Below, piece by piece: positions 8,761 through 21,253 of a stretch of DNA of 64,000 nt (the stretch's first letter is position 1; each line of letters opens with the position of its first letter). The position numbers and the translations under genes are program-made. The stretch is taken from NCBI GenBank assembly GCA_965247095.1, contig OZ251997.1:2560001-2624000 (forward strand). The letters are read 5' to 3'. Under the pieces are notes generated by a model. The model ran no database searches, was not told the DNA's origin, and was given only the letters and a program-made list of their open reading frames with translations. This stretch comes from Candidatus Multivorans sp. GTDB taxonomy: Bacteria; Acidobacteriota; Thermoanaerobaculia; Multivoradales; Multivoraceae.

Positions 8761-10991
8761 TCGGAGGAATCTCGGCCTTGCTGGCGGTGGCGGTTGCCCT
8801 TGCGGCCGCGCCCGTCGCCGTTCGGGTGGGCAGGCGCCAGGGCTGGCTGGACGAGCCCGACGACCGCAAACGCCACTCGGCTTCCGTACCCGTAACCGGC
8901 GGCTGCGTGGTCTTCGGCGGTCTCGCCGCCGGTTGCTTCGCCGCTTTCTTCCTGAACGGGTTCGATGCGGCGGGCCTCCGCGTCGCGAGCTTCCTGGCTG
9001 CCGTCGCCATCGTCTTCGCGGTCGGACTGCTCGAGGACCTGCGCGGCTGCACGGTCGCGGGCAGGCTGTTGGCGCAAGGCGCGGCCGCCTGTCTGGTGGT
9101 CGCCCTCCTACCTGTCGCCCACATCGGTTCGGTCGAGATCTGGCCGCTGGCTGGATCGATGCTGGCCGTGATCTGGTTGGTCGGCATGACGAACGCCATC
9201 AACTTCCTGGACGGTCTCGACGGTCTCGCCGCTGGCGTGGCGTGCATCGTCGCCGGCTCTCTCGCCGTACTCGGAGCGATCCAGGGCGACGCGATATCGA
9301 CCGCCGTCGCGGCCGCCCTGTGCGCTGCCTGCGCCGGCTTTCTCAAGTGGAACTGGCGCCCGGCCCGGATCTTTCTTGGTGACAGCGGCGCCTTGACGAT
9401 CGGATTCGTGCTGGCCTGGCTCGCGCTCGATCTGGCGAGCAGGGCGAGCACACCGGCGACGGCGTCGATCCCTTTCCTGATGCTCGGGCTGCCCGCGTTC
9501 GATGCGCTGCTGGTCGCGGCCGCTCGCTTCACGGAGTCTCCGACGCGTCGGTTGCACGAGCGCATCAGGCGCGTCGTCCGGGCGGACCGCCGGCACGTGC
9601 ACCACCTTCTTGCGGCCGCGAACGGCGAACGCGCCGCCGTGCTGAAGTTGTGCGCTCTTGTGGCGTGCGTCTGCCTGCTGGCGCTCTTCGCGGTCGTGTA
9701 CGGCGGCGTCGGTCTCGCCGCTGTCATCTTGCCGGGTCAACTCCTCTTCGTCGCGCTGTTGCGCCGCGGCGCTTGGCGGGGCCGCAAAGCGGCGATCCGT
9801 CATCTGTTGCCGGCGGTGCTGGCGCTGCTGGCGGCCGCGTCTCCGGAGGCTGCAACGGCCCAGAGCAACCGGATCGACGACGATTTTCGCTCCGAGGCGC
9901 GGATGCGGTTCGGCTCGCTCTACATGACGCCGCGCTTCACGCTCGACCGGCTCGGCGTCGACACCAACGTCTTCAACACCTTCGAAGCCCAGCGCGATTT
10001 CGTGGTCGCGGGCACGCCCGCGGTCGACGTGTGGATCCCGTTCAAACGCCGGGCGCTCCTGTCGACGACCGTGGCGGTGCGCGGCGACTGGTTCGAGCGC
10101 TACGAGGGGGAGCGTTCCGTCAATCCCGATGTGCGCGCGCGCCTTGACCTGGCGGCCGGCCCCCTGACCTTCTTTGGGGCGGGCCATCGGCTCGACACGC
10201 GGCAAAGGCCCTCCTTCGATATCGACGTGAGGGCGCGTCGCGTCGAAACCGAGACCAACGGCGGCGTCCGCGTCGCCCTGACGCGGAAGCTGTCGCTCGA
10301 TCTCGAGGTCGCAGAGGACCGAGTGGAATTCGACGGCGACGAGTTCTTCGAGGGAACTCGGCTTGCCGAGACCCTCAACCGGGAAGAGCGCGCGGCGCGC
10401 GCAGCCTTCCGCTGGCAACGCACGGCGCTCTCCACCTTCGTGCTCGCGGCCGAGTCCCGCGAAATGCGCTTCGAACTGTCTCCCGAGCGAGACAGCGACA
10501 ACCTTGTCGTCACGCTCGGCGCCGAGTTCAAGCCGCGGGCGCTGATTGCGGGCGAAGCGGAGATCGGGGTGCGGCAGTTCGAGGCGCTGGGTTCGGCGGT
10601 CAGCGACATCACCGAGATCGTGGCCCGCGCGGAACTGGAGTTCGCTCTGCCCGCGGACGTGACGGCGACCGTCGAAGGGAGGCGGGACATCGAGTACTCC
10701 TTCAGCCCCCGTTACCACTACTACGTCGTCACCCGGTATGGCGTAGGGGTCGGGCGACGCCTCGGGAACGGACCGTTCGACCTGACCGGCCGCGTCGTCA
10801 GGGACGAGAACGACTATGTGGGCGGCGGCGGTCGCCGCGACGTCATTCAGCAGCACTCCGCCACGCTGGGTTACCGCCTGAACGAGTCGGTCCGGATCGG
10901 TTTGCGAGTCGGAGACGTGCGTCGGACGTCGACGGCGTATCGGGGCTTCGAGGGCCTGCAGGCGGGGATCGTGTTCGAGTACGGAAGTTGA
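8745..10991 (+). CDS. MraY/WecA-family phosphoglycosyltransferase fused to an outer-membrane beta-barrel domain
   Basis: N-half has RKRH, NAINFLDGLDGLA, IFLGDSG, DRRHVHH and many TM helices. C-half has a signal-peptide-like segment then alternating beta-strand sequence (GVDTNVF ... GIVFEY). No stop codon between the halves. Confidence 0.75.
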   Translation: MSVLLIGGISALLAVAVALAAAPVAVRVGRRQGWLDEPDDRKRHSASVPVTGGCVVFGGLAAGCFAAFFLNGFDAAGLRVASFLAAVAIVFAVGLLEDLRGCTVAGRLLAQGAAACLVVALLPVAHIGSVEIWPLAGSMLAVIWLVGMTNAINFLDGLDGLAAGVACIVAGSLAVLGAIQGDAISTAVAAALCAACAGFLKWNWRPARIFLGDSGALTIGFVLAWLALDLASRASTPATASIPFLMLGLPAFDALLVAAARFTESPTRRLHERIRRVVRADRRHVHHLLAAANGERAAVLKLCALVACVCLLALFAVVYGGVGLAAVILPGQLLFVALLRRGAWRGRKAAIRHLLPAVLALLAAASPEAATAQSNRIDDDFRSEARMRFGSLYMTPRFTLDRLGVDTNVFNTFEAQRDFVVAGTPAVDVWIPFKRRALLSTTVAVRGDWFERYEGERSVNPDVRARLDLAAGPLTFFGAGHRLDTRQRPSFDIDVRARRVETETNGGVRVALTRKLSLDLEVAEDRVEFDGDEFFEGTRLAETLNREERAARAAFRWQRTALSTFVLAAESREMRFELSPERDSDNLVVTLGAEFKPRALIAGEAEIGVRQFEALGSAVSDITEIVARAELEFALPADVTATVEGRRDIEYSFSPRYHYYVVTRYGVGVGRRLGNGPFDLTGRVVRDENDYVGGGGRRDVIQQHSATLGYRLNESVRIGLRVGDVRRTSTAYRGFEGLQAGIVFEYGS

Positions 10992-11008
10992 CGACCTCCA
11001 CTATCCTC

Positions 11009-11041
11009 CAAAACGTCACCAAGACGTCGCCAAAACGTCAC
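11009..11041. promoter_or_regulatory. Three tandem 11-bp direct repeats upstream of wza, candidate operator
   Basis: CAAAACGTCAC-CAAGACGTCGC-CAAAACGTCAC in the intergenic region. Confidence 0.5.
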
Positions 11042-11153
11042 CGGAAGGCCACATTGCAGTGCATCATATGGATAGACTCCCGCTCCGTCCGAAACTGGCC
11101 GTGAGGGTCCCAAGGGGAAGACCGTCGTCGCTGGCGGCTCGAGGTGAACGTTC

Positions 11154-12026
11154 ATGAGTAGGTGCAAGAGCCGCGGTCACGTCACGACGTGCATTCCTTC
11201 CGCCTGGAGGGTGGCCGTCGTGACCGTCTGCCTGGCGTGGACCGGCGCCGCGAACGTCGGGGCCGTCGCGGAGGACGATCAGAACTACTTGATCGGCCCG
11301 CAGGACACGCTGCGGATCGATGTATTCGACCAACCCGATCTCAGCGGCCGGTACACCGTCGAGCTGGACGGGTCCCTGTCGTTTCCGCTGATCGGCCGGA
11401 TCGCCGCCGGCGGGTCGACGGTGCGCGCCTTCGAGCAGACGCTGGTGGATCGCCTCTCGGACGGCTATTTCCGGAACCCGCGGGTGAACGTCTCGGTCGA
11501 GGAGTACAACAGCCAGCGAGTGTTCATCGTCGGTGAGGTCCTGCGGCCCGGCGCTTACCCGTTGAGCGGCGAGATGCGGCTCGTCGAGCTGCTGGCGTTC
11601 GGGGGCGGGGCTACGCCGACGGCGGCCGGGACAGCCCTGGTCGTTCGGGCGGAAGACGGCCGGGAGACGCCGGCGCTTCCGGGGGAAGACGGGGTCGCCG
11701 CGGGCGTGCAGGTCGACCTCGACGCCCTGGAGACCGGCGACCTCTCGCAGAACGTCGTACTGCGCGACGGCGATACCGTCTTCGTGCCCGAGGCCGACGT
11801 GGTGTACGTGTTCGGCGAGGTCCGCAGCCCCGGGCGCTATCCCATCCGGCACGACACCGTCGTGCTGCAGGTGCTGTCGCTTGCGGGCGGAACCACGGAG
11901 TTCGCCGCGCTCAACCGCGTCCGCATTCTCCGCGTCGTGAACGGAGCGCAGAAGGAGATCAAGGTCAAGCTCGACGATCCCGTAGAGCCCAACGACATCA
12001 TCCGGGTTCCGGAGCGATTGTTCTGA
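11154..12026 (+). CDS. wza: Polysaccharide export protein (Wza/OPX, Poly_export + SLBB domains)
   Basis: YLIGPQDTLRIDVF, DGSLSFPLIG, VGEVLRPGAY, GEVRSPGRY, LAGG. Confidence 0.88.
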   Translation: MSRCKSRGHVTTCIPSAWRVAVVTVCLAWTGAANVGAVAEDDQNYLIGPQDTLRIDVFDQPDLSGRYTVELDGSLSFPLIGRIAAGGSTVRAFEQTLVDRLSDGYFRNPRVNVSVEEYNSQRVFIVGEVLRPGAYPLSGEMRLVELLAFGGGATPTAAGTALVVRAEDGRETPALPGEDGVAAGVQVDLDALETGDLSQNVVLRDGDTVFVPEADVVYVFGEVRSPGRYPIRHDTVVLQVLSLAGGTTEFAALNRVRILRVVNGAQKEIKVKLDDPVEPNDIIRVPERLF

Positions 12027-14242
12027 TGGCGGAGAACGGGACGGACCCCCGCCGTTATCGCCAGGCATGGGCGTACGAATCCGACGAACGGCGCCTGGGG
12101 GATTCCCTCCGCATCCTCTACAGGCGGCGTTGGCTCGGCGGCACCGTCTTCGCGGTCGTCGTGGTAACGGCGTTCATCTTCGCGGTGACGCCGACGCCGG
12201 TCTACGAGGCGTCGGCGCGGCTCCAGATCGAGAGGGACGCGCCGAACGTCGTGAGCTTCGAGGAGGTCATCACGGAGAGTGCTAGGTCGTTTCGGTCCGA
12301 GTTCTATCGGACCCAGTACGAGATTCTGCGCAGCCGGGCCCTGGCCCGCGCGACGATGGATCGGCTGGGACTCTGGGATCGCCCCGACCTCATCGATGAA
12401 AAACAGTTCCACCCCGTGGCCTCGACCATCCGCTTGCTGACGTCGTCGCTCAGGTTGTTTTCGCGGCGGCGCTCCGGCGGAGAACTTGGCGTGGCCGTAG
12501 AAACCCGCGCCGAGTCGGCGGCGACCAACCGGTTCATGAGCAAGCTCGACGTCATACCCGTGCGCGACAGCCGCATCGTCGACGTCCGGTTCGAATCCAC
12601 GGTTCCAGCCCTGACCGCGGAGGTCGCCAACACCCTGGTGCAGGAGTACATCGATCAGGACCTGCGATTCCGGCAAGCGTCCTCGAGGGACGCTTCGACC
12701 TGGTTGCAGCAGCGGATCGAGGAGCAGCGCAGCCTGGTCGAAGCGTCCCAGCTTGTGCTCCAGCGCTATCGCGAAACGCAGGGCACGGTGTCGCTGAACG
12801 ACCGCCAGAGCATCATGGCCCAGGAGCTGGCGGACCTGAACGGCGCCGTCACGCGGGCGGCCGCCGCGCGCATCGCCCGCGAGTCGCGCTACAGCGCGAT
12901 CGAGTCCGCGCAGGACGATCCGCGGGCCCTCGACCGGTTCCCCGAGATTCTCGGCAACCCGTTCATTCAGCAGCAAAAGGCGCGCGTGGCGGAGCTTCAG
13001 CGAGAGGCGAACAGTCTGGCCAGCGAACTCGGCGATCTCCATCCCCAACTGATCGGCGTCCGAACGGACGTGGCGGATGCGGAGGCCCGACTGCGGGAGG
13101 AAGTGGACAAGATCGTCGATTCGGTGCGAACCGAGTACGAGGTCGCGCGCAACGAGGAGGAGCAGTTACGGTCGGAACTCGAGCGTCGGACGCAGGCGGC
13201 GCTCGCGCTCGATCGCAAGGGCATCGAGTACGGGGTGCTGGTGCGCGAGGCCGACAGCGTGCGCCGAATCTACGACTCGCTGCTGCAGCGCGCGGACGAG
13301 ACGAGCGTAACCGGCGAACTGCAAGCCAGCACGATCCGGATCGTGGACGCCGCGGAAGTGCCGCTGCGACCCTCGCGACCGCGGCCGCTGCGGACGATGC
13401 TGTTCGGAGTCTTCGGCGCGAGCATTCTCGCCTTCGGGCTGATCTTCTTCGTGGAGCACCTCGACGACCGCCTCAAGACGCCGGACGACATCAAGACGGG
13501 TCTCGGTCAGGCGTACCTCGGCATGGTGCCCAGGGTCGATTCGGAAGGCGACGGCGACCTGCTGCAGGTTGGGCCAGCGGTGCCCGACAACTTCGCGGCG
13601 GCCGTCAGGACGATCCGCACCAGCCTCTTCTTCTCGTCGGCGGAGGAGGGCTGCCGATCGGTCGCGGTTACGAGCGCCGAGCCCGGGGACGGCAAGAGCG
13701 TCCTGGCGAGCAATCTCGCGTACGCGATCGCCCAGTCGGGCCAGTGGGCGCTCCTCATCGACACCGACAACAGACGGGCCACCCAGCACCGGTGCTGGAA
13801 GCAGGAGAAGGCGCCCGGCCTCACCGACATCTTGGCCGGGCAAGCCGAGTCCGACGATGCCATCCGGAAAATCGACCCGCGTCTCTCGGTGCTGCCGGCG
13901 GGCACGAGGTCTCCCAATGTGACCGAACTCATCGCGTCCAAGCGCTTCCAGGCCTTCCTGGCTTCGCAGTACGAACGCTACGACTGGATCGTGCTGGACA
14001 CGCCGCCGGTGCTGCCGATCCCCGACGCAAGCATCGTGGCCCACGCCGTGAACCACGTGCTGTTCGTCGTCGACGCGGAGTCGACGCACCGGCGCACCGC
14101 CGCCGCCGCGCTGGAACGGCTGGTATCGGACGGCGCCCGAGTCGTCGGCGTCGTGCTCAACAAGGTGAATCTCAAGGCCCATCCGTACTACTACTCGCAG
14201 TACTACCGGCGCAACTACAGCCGCTACTACGAGAGGGCCTAG
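12026..14242 (+). CDS. wzc: Polysaccharide co-polymerase / tyrosine autokinase (Wzc/GumC)
   Basis: Two TM segments, coiled coil, Walker A (PGDGKS), DTPP, C-terminal Tyr cluster YYYSQYYRRNYSRYY. Confidence 0.9.
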   Translation: MAENGTDPRRYRQAWAYESDERRLGDSLRILYRRRWLGGTVFAVVVVTAFIFAVTPTPVYEASARLQIERDAPNVVSFEEVITESARSFRSEFYRTQYEILRSRALARATMDRLGLWDRPDLIDEKQFHPVASTIRLLTSSLRLFSRRRSGGELGVAVETRAESAATNRFMSKLDVIPVRDSRIVDVRFESTVPALTAEVANTLVQEYIDQDLRFRQASSRDASTWLQQRIEEQRSLVEASQLVLQRYRETQGTVSLNDRQSIMAQELADLNGAVTRAAAARIARESRYSAIESAQDDPRALDRFPEILGNPFIQQQKARVAELQREANSLASELGDLHPQLIGVRTDVADAEARLREEVDKIVDSVRTEYEVARNEEEQLRSELERRTQAALALDRKGIEYGVLVREADSVRRIYDSLLQRADETSVTGELQASTIRIVDAAEVPLRPSRPRPLRTMLFGVFGASILAFGLIFFVEHLDDRLKTPDDIKTGLGQAYLGMVPRVDSEGDGDLLQVGPAVPDNFAAAVRTIRTSLFFSSAEEGCRSVAVTSAEPGDGKSVLASNLAYAIAQSGQWALLIDTDNRRATQHRCWKQEKAPGLTDILAGQAESDDAIRKIDPRLSVLPAGTRSPNVTELIASKRFQAFLASQYERYDWIVLDTPPVLPIPDASIVAHAVNHVLFVVDAESTHRRTAAAALERLVSDGARVVGVVLNKVNLKAHPYYYSQYYRRNYSRYYERA

Positions 14243-14398
14243 CGCTAGCGATTCGACGCCCCGGGGCACCGTTGACCGGCCATGGCAGCCGTGTTACGTT
14301 ACCGCCGCTTTTCGGGGCCGGGCGAGAGGTTGGCAGCAACGCCGGAACACCCCCTAAGCCCGAGAAAACAGACCCGGACGACCGCGGGACGAGCAACT

Positions 14399-14821
14399 GT
14401 GGATTTCGACGCCAGCCTCCTGGTCATCATGGCGATTTTCTGGGCCACCTATGTGGTGGTGCGGATCTTCCTGATTGGCCCGGTCATGAAGATGCTCCGG
14501 GAGCGGGACAGCGAGATCGTGACCGCTCAAGAGACGCTCGACCGGGCTCAGGCCGAAGTCGAGGCGAGGATGGAAGCGCAGCGCGGGAAGCTGAAGGAAG
14601 CCCGGGTCGAGGCGGCTGTCCGCCGCGACGAGATGCGGCGCGAGGCGCAGCAGGCGCGCGAACGGATGGTCGCGGAGGCTCGGCAGGAAGCGGACGCGGA
14701 GCTTCAGCAGGCGCTCGCGTCGCTGGCAGCCGAGACGGCCGAACAGCGCCGCACCCTCGAAGTCCGGGCCGAGCGGCTTGCCGAGGAGATGACCGCGAAG
14801 TTGATGGGGGCGGCGTCGTGA
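14399..14821 (+). CDS. atpF: ATP synthase F0 subunit b'
   Basis: Single N-terminal TM helix followed by an Ala/Glu/Arg coiled coil; first gene of the atp operon; GTG start. Confidence 0.8.
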   Translation: MDFDASLLVIMAIFWATYVVVRIFLIGPVMKMLRERDSEIVTAQETLDRAQAEVEARMEAQRGKLKEARVEAAVRRDEMRREAQQARERMVAEARQEADAELQQALASLAAETAEQRRTLEVRAERLAEEMTAKLMGAAS

Positions 14822-15441
14822 AGTCGGTGACTGCGAAATCACTGTCCGCGGCGTTGCTCTGGACGCTCTTCGCCGGCGCGGCGGCAGCGTTCGGCGCCGA
14901 GGTGGGCGGCGACGGGGAACCGGCGACCTTCCTGGGTCTGCCGCGCTGGGTCTTCTCCTGGTTCAACATGATCGTGCTCTTCGGCGGTCTCGGCTACCTG
15001 ATCTGGCCGAAGGCCGCGGCGGCGCTCGAGGCGCGCCGGGTCCAGATCCGCGACAGCCTGATGACGGCCCGCCGCCAGCGCGCCGACGCCGAGGAGTTGC
15101 GCGACGGCCTCGCCGGTCAACTGGCCGGCTTGGAGGCGGAGGTCGCGCAGGCCGTCGAGCGCTCGGAGCGGCAGGGCGAGCGCGAGGCGCGGGAGATCGT
15201 TGCCCTGGCCGAGCGGGAGCGCGAACGGATGACGGAACAGACCCGCGCCGAGATCCGGAGCCGCGCGGCACGCGCCCGGGTCGAGCTCGCGGAGCACGCG
15301 GCGCGACTCGCGACCTCGCTGGCTACCGCGCGCCTGGAGCGGGAAGTCGATTCGGCCGCGCGCCGTCGAATCCTCGACCGCGGACTGCTCAGCCTGGAGA
15401 GCCACGCCGACGAGTCGTCTTCCGGAGCGGCCGCGCGATGA
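14818..15441 (+). CDS. atpF: ATP synthase F0 subunit b
   Basis: WFNMIVLFGGLGYL TM segment plus coiled coil; lies between b' and delta. Confidence 0.82.
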   Translation: MKSVTAKSLSAALLWTLFAGAAAAFGAEVGGDGEPATFLGLPRWVFSWFNMIVLFGGLGYLIWPKAAAALEARRVQIRDSLMTARRQRADAEELRDGLAGQLAGLEAEVAQAVERSERQGEREAREIVALAERERERMTEQTRAEIRSRAARARVELAEHAARLATSLATARLEREVDSAARRRILDRGLLSLESHADESSSGAAAR

Positions 15442-16007
15442 TCTACCGCTACGCGAGGCCCTACGCGCAAGCTCTGATGGGCGCCGCCGGTTCGCTCGAG
15501 CGGGCGCAGGCGACCCGTGACGACCTGGCCGCCTTCGCGGACGCGATGCGGACCGTGCCGCGCTTGGGCCGCATGGCCTCGAATCCCGGGGTGCCGCCGG
15601 CGACGAAGCGGGCGGTCGTCGACGAGATCGCCGGCATGCTCGAAGCGCGCGAGTTGACGCGGCGGCTGCTGCGGCTGTTGCTCGACAACTACCGCCTGGT
15701 TCACCTGGCGGCGATCCTCGAAGCGATCGACGAGTTGCTCGACCGGGCCCGCGGCGTGGTCAGCGCCACGGTGACCGCGGCCGAGGAGCTCGATGCCGAT
15801 CAGCAGGCGCGGCTCAAGGGCGCCCTTGAGCGGCTCTCCGGCGCCCAGGTGCGGTTGGAGAGCCGGGTCGACCCGAGTTTGATCGGAGGCTTCGTGGCCC
15901 AGTTCGGCAGTCATCGCTACGACGCGAGCGTGCGCGGCCAGTTGGCCGTTCTGGAATCAAGGTTGACGGCGGAATCGCCGACCATGGCGGCGGACGCCGC
16001 CCAGTAG
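15438..16007 (+). CDS. atpH: ATP synthase F1 delta subunit
   Basis: RYARPYAQAL, VDPSLIGG, YDASVRGQL. Confidence 0.92.
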   Translation: MIYRYARPYAQALMGAAGSLERAQATRDDLAAFADAMRTVPRLGRMASNPGVPPATKRAVVDEIAGMLEARELTRRLLRLLLDNYRLVHLAAILEAIDELLDRARGVVSATVTAAEELDADQQARLKGALERLSGAQVRLESRVDPSLIGGFVAQFGSHRYDASVRGQLAVLESRLTAESPTMAADAAQ

Positions 16008-16059
16008 GACTTCGAGCGCTCCGCAATCCGGAGCGGACCCTTAAGGGAGTAGAGCAGCT

Positions 16060-17598
16060 ATGCAGGTAAGAGCCGATGAGATCGCAGCGGTCCTCGAGCG
16101 CCAGTTGGCCGGCTACGAGGCCGAGGTCGATGTCGCCGAAGTCGGCACCGTCCTGAGTGTCGGTGACGGCATCGCGCGGGTCTACGGCCTGGAACAGGCC
16201 ATGGCCGGCGAGTTGCTGGCGTTCCCGAACGACGTCTACGGTCTGGCGCTGAACCTGGAGGAAGACCAGGTCGGCGCCGTGCTGATGGGCGAGTCGCGGC
16301 TGGTGGAAGAAGGCGACGAGGTTCGCCGCACCGGCCGCGTCATGGAGGTGCCGGTGGGACCGGCGCTGGTCGGTCGCGTGGTCGACCCGCTCGGCAATCC
16401 GATCGACGGCAAGGGCCCGATCGAGAGTGCGGATAGCTATCCGATCGAGCGGATTGCGCCCGGCGTCATCGATCGTGAGCCGGTGTCGGAGCCGATGCAG
16501 ACCGGGATCAAGGCGATCGACTCGATGATCCCGATCGGCCGCGGTCAGCGTGAGCTGATCATCGGCGACCGCCAGATCGGCAAGACGGCGGTGGCGGTCG
16601 ACGCGATCATCAACCAGAAGGGCGGCGACGTGGTCTGCGTCTACGTCGCGATCGGCCAGAAGCGCTCGACGGTTGCCCAGGTGGTCAAGACGCTCGAGGA
16701 CCACGGGGCGATGGAGCACACGATCGTCGTCTCCTCCTCCGCCTCGGAGCCTGCGCCGCTCCAGTTCATCGCGCCCTATGCCGGCTGCGCGATGGGCGAG
16801 TACTTCCTGTACAACGGCCAGCACGCCCTGGTGATCTACGACGACTTGTCGAAGCAGGCGGCCTCCTACCGCGAGGTTTCCCTGCTGCTGCGGCGGCCGC
16901 CCGGACGCGAGGCGTACCCCGGCGACGTGTTCTACCTGCACTCACGGCTGCTTGAGCGGGCGGCGAAGTTGTCCCGCGCCAACGGCGGGGGCTCCCTGAC
17001 CGCACTGCCGATCATCGAGACTCAGGCCGGCGATGTCTCGGCCTACATCCCGACCAACGTGATCTCGATCACGGACGGTCAGATCTTCCTCGAGGGCGAC
17101 CTCTTCTTCTCCGGCGTGCGGCCGGCGGTGAACGTCGGCATCTCGGTCAGCCGGGTCGGCGGCAACGCGCAGATCAACGCGATGCGCAAGAACTCCGGCA
17201 CCCTGCGGTTGGACCTGGCGCAGTACCGGTCGCTCGCGGCCTTCGCGCAGTTCGGGTCCGATCTCGACCGGATCACCCTGCAGCAGTTGGCGCGCGGTGA
17301 ACGCCTGGTCGAGTTGCTGAAGCAGGGGCAGTACTCGCCGCTGTCGATCGAGGACCAGGTGATCTCGATCCTCGCCGGCACCAGGGGCGCCCTCGACGAC
17401 CTGAAGGTCGAGGCTGTACGGCCGTTCGAGGCGTTCCTGCACAGTTACTTCCGCGACGAAGAGCCCGAACTCCGGGATCGGATCCGGCAGGAAGGCAAGC
17501 TCAGCGACGAATTGGACTCCCAGGTCATGGAGGCGATGGGACGAGCCTTCCAGCTCTACGTGGCCGAGAAGCCCGACGCCGCGGTCGCAGAGAACTAG
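16060..17598 (+). CDS. atpA: ATP synthase F1 alpha subunit
   Basis: [41 protein letters not shown]. Confidence 0.98.
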   Translation: MQVRADEIAAVLERQLAGYEAEVDVAEVGTVLSVGDGIARVYGLEQAMAGELLAFPNDVYGLALNLEEDQVGAVLMGESRLVEEGDEVRRTGRVMEVPVGPALVGRVVDPLGNPIDGKGPIESADSYPIERIAPGVIDREPVSEPMQTGIKAIDSMIPIGRGQRELIIGDRQIGKTAVAVDAIINQKGGDVVCVYVAIGQKRSTVAQVVKTLEDHGAMEHTIVVSSSASEPAPLQFIAPYAGCAMGEYFLYNGQHALVIYDDLSKQAASYREVSLLLRRPPGREAYPGDVFYLHSRLLERAAKLSRANGGGSLTALPIIETQAGDVSAYIPTNVISITDGQIFLEGDLFFSGVRPAVNVGISVSRVGGNAQINAMRKNSGTLRLDLAQYRSLAAFAQFGSDLDRITLQQLARGERLVELLKQGQYSPLSIEDQVISILAGTRGALDDLKVEAVRPFEAFLHSYFRDEEPELRDRIRQEGKLSDELDSQVMEAMGRAFQLYVAEKPDAAVAEN

Positions 17599-17633
17599 GG
17601 ACTCGCGGGACGTTTCCGAGGTAGGTCCGAGTC

Positions 17634-18536
17634 ATGGCTAGCCTGATCGATCTTCGCCGCCGCATCCGGTCGGTGAAGAACACGCAACAGATCACGAAGG
17701 CGATGAAGATGGTCGCCGCGGCCAAGCTGCGCCGCGCGCAGGACCAGATCCTCGCCACGCGCCCCTACGCACTCGAGTTGCGCAAGGTGACGGAGCATTT
17801 GGCTGCGGTGTCGGCCGGCGAGGTCGAGCATCCCTTGCTGACGCCGGCGGGCGGTGCTGCGGGCGGCGAGGCCGGCGCCGGCAAGACCCTGGTCCTGGTG
17901 GTCACCGGCGACAAGGGTCTGTGCGGCGCCTTCAACGCCCACGTCACCCGGCGGGCCGAGCAGGAGCTAGCAGAGCTGAACGGTGGCGGCGAAGTGCTGG
18001 CCCTGGGCAACCGGGGCGCCGACTTCTTCAAACATCGGGGCGCCTCGATGCGCGGCGCCCGCCGCGGTCTCTTCCGCGACCTGAACTACGGCACTGCCCA
18101 GGAACTCGCGGCGGAGGTCTCGAAGGCCTTCTCCGACGGCGAGTACGACGTGGTCTACGCGGTCTACAACGAGTTCATCTCCGTGCTGAGGCAGAGGGTG
18201 AGCTGGGAGCGCCTGCTGCCGATTGCGCGCGAGGACGTGGTCGGCGAAGAGGGCGGCAGTTCGGAGGGCGACCACCGGGACTACCTGTACGAGCCGTCCG
18301 AGGCCGAGATCCTGAACGATCTGCTGCCGCGCTTCGTCACCTTCCAGATCTACCGCGTGCTCCTTGAGTCCCAGGCCGCCGAGCACGCGGCCCGGATGAC
18401 GGCGATGGACAGCGCGACGAAGAACGCCGGCGAACTGATCGACAAGCTGACCCTGAAATACAACCGATCGCGTCAGGCGGAGATCACCACCGAGTTGATC
18501 GAGGTGGTCTCCGGCGCGAACGCGCTCGAGGGATAG
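17634..18536 (+). CDS. atpG: ATP synthase F1 gamma subunit
   Basis: RIRSVKNTQQITKAMKMVAAAK, DKGLCG, RMTAMDSAT, RQAEITTEL. Confidence 0.97.
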   Translation: MASLIDLRRRIRSVKNTQQITKAMKMVAAAKLRRAQDQILATRPYALELRKVTEHLAAVSAGEVEHPLLTPAGGAAGGEAGAGKTLVLVVTGDKGLCGAFNAHVTRRAEQELAELNGGGEVLALGNRGADFFKHRGASMRGARRGLFRDLNYGTAQELAAEVSKAFSDGEYDVVYAVYNEFISVLRQRVSWERLLPIAREDVVGEEGGSSEGDHRDYLYEPSEAEILNDLLPRFVTFQIYRVLLESQAAEHAARMTAMDSATKNAGELIDKLTLKYNRSRQAEITTELIEVVSGANALEG

Positions 18537-18567
18537 AGACAACGGAGAGGCACAACGCATCCAACCT

Positions 18568-20240
<1,673 letters not shown>

Positions 20241-20255
20241 CGGGAGCGAACGGAC

Positions 20256-20669
20256 GTGGCGGGCTTGAACCTCATCCTTGTGACCCATGCCGAGAAGCTG
20301 CTCGAAGTCGAGTGCAGCGACGTCGGCCTGCCGGGTCGCCTCGGCGACCTCGGCATTCTGCCCGGGCACACGGCGCTGATCAGCACCCTGCGCCCCGGCG
20401 AACTCAGCTACCAGCCGGCAGCCGGCGGTCCACGCCGCTACGTCGCCACGGCGCCGGGCTTCTGCGAAGTCAGCGACGACACGGTGACCGTGCTGGCCGA
20501 GACCGCCGAGGCCGCCGAGGACATCGACAGCGCGGCCGCAGCCGGCGACCGCGACCGGCTGGCCGCGGAGTACGACCGCGCCAACTTCGAGGACCAGGGT
20601 GCCCTGAAGGACCGCTTGGACGCGGCCCAGGCCCGGGTCGATGTCGCGGCCCGCGCCTCGGGCCGGTAG
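20256..20669 (+). CDS. atpC: ATP synthase F1 epsilon subunit
   Basis: GDLGILPGHTALIS, GFCEV, VTVLAE; last gene of the operon. Confidence 0.92.
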   Translation: MAGLNLILVTHAEKLLEVECSDVGLPGRLGDLGILPGHTALISTLRPGELSYQPAAGGPRRYVATAPGFCEVSDDTVTVLAETAEAAEDIDSAAAAGDRDRLAAEYDRANFEDQGALKDRLDAAQARVDVAARASGR

Positions 20670-20696
20670 AGCGCGAAGCCGTCAGCTCCGGCCCCG

Positions 20697-20790
20697 GGGA
20701 ACCCGGGTGGCGCGATCCGCGCCACCCGTGAACCAGTCCGTGCGCCCGTCATCGGGCGCGCGGATGGCACGCGGGCGTCTCGCCCGCATC
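20697..20790. repeat. REP/BIME-like three-hairpin repeat, copy B
   Basis: GGGAACCCGGGTGGCGCGATCCGCGCCACCCGTGAACC...GCGGGCGTCTCGCCCGCATC, homologous to 18568-18660. Confidence 0.8.
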
Positions 20791-20888
20791 CGGCGCGAAG
20801 CGCCGGTCCGGTTGGTCCCGCCACTCACCTGAGAACCGGACCCCCGCCCGCCCAGCCGCCGCGGCCCGCTGCTACACTCCTCCGCTCG

Positions 20889-20980
<92 letters not shown>

Positions 20981-21253
20981 GATGAGCCGTAGAAGTGTAG
21001 ACAGGTCAGTGGTTTGTGGGAGTCGGGGATCGTGGGATCCCACTTCGTGTCCCACGACCAGGCCCGTATAGGCGCCGATTCCCCAACGTCGGAGCCGTTG
21101 CCACCGCTGGCCTCACTCCACACAGCGCGTGTCGCGTTCCACTGGTTCTTCAAGTTCACCGAGCTTGAGCGCCCCGAGCTGTCCTGGCTGCCGAACGAAG
21201 CGGACCAGGACGAGGATGCAAGCGGCGGAAGCGGCCCCACCGCTGCCGCGCGC

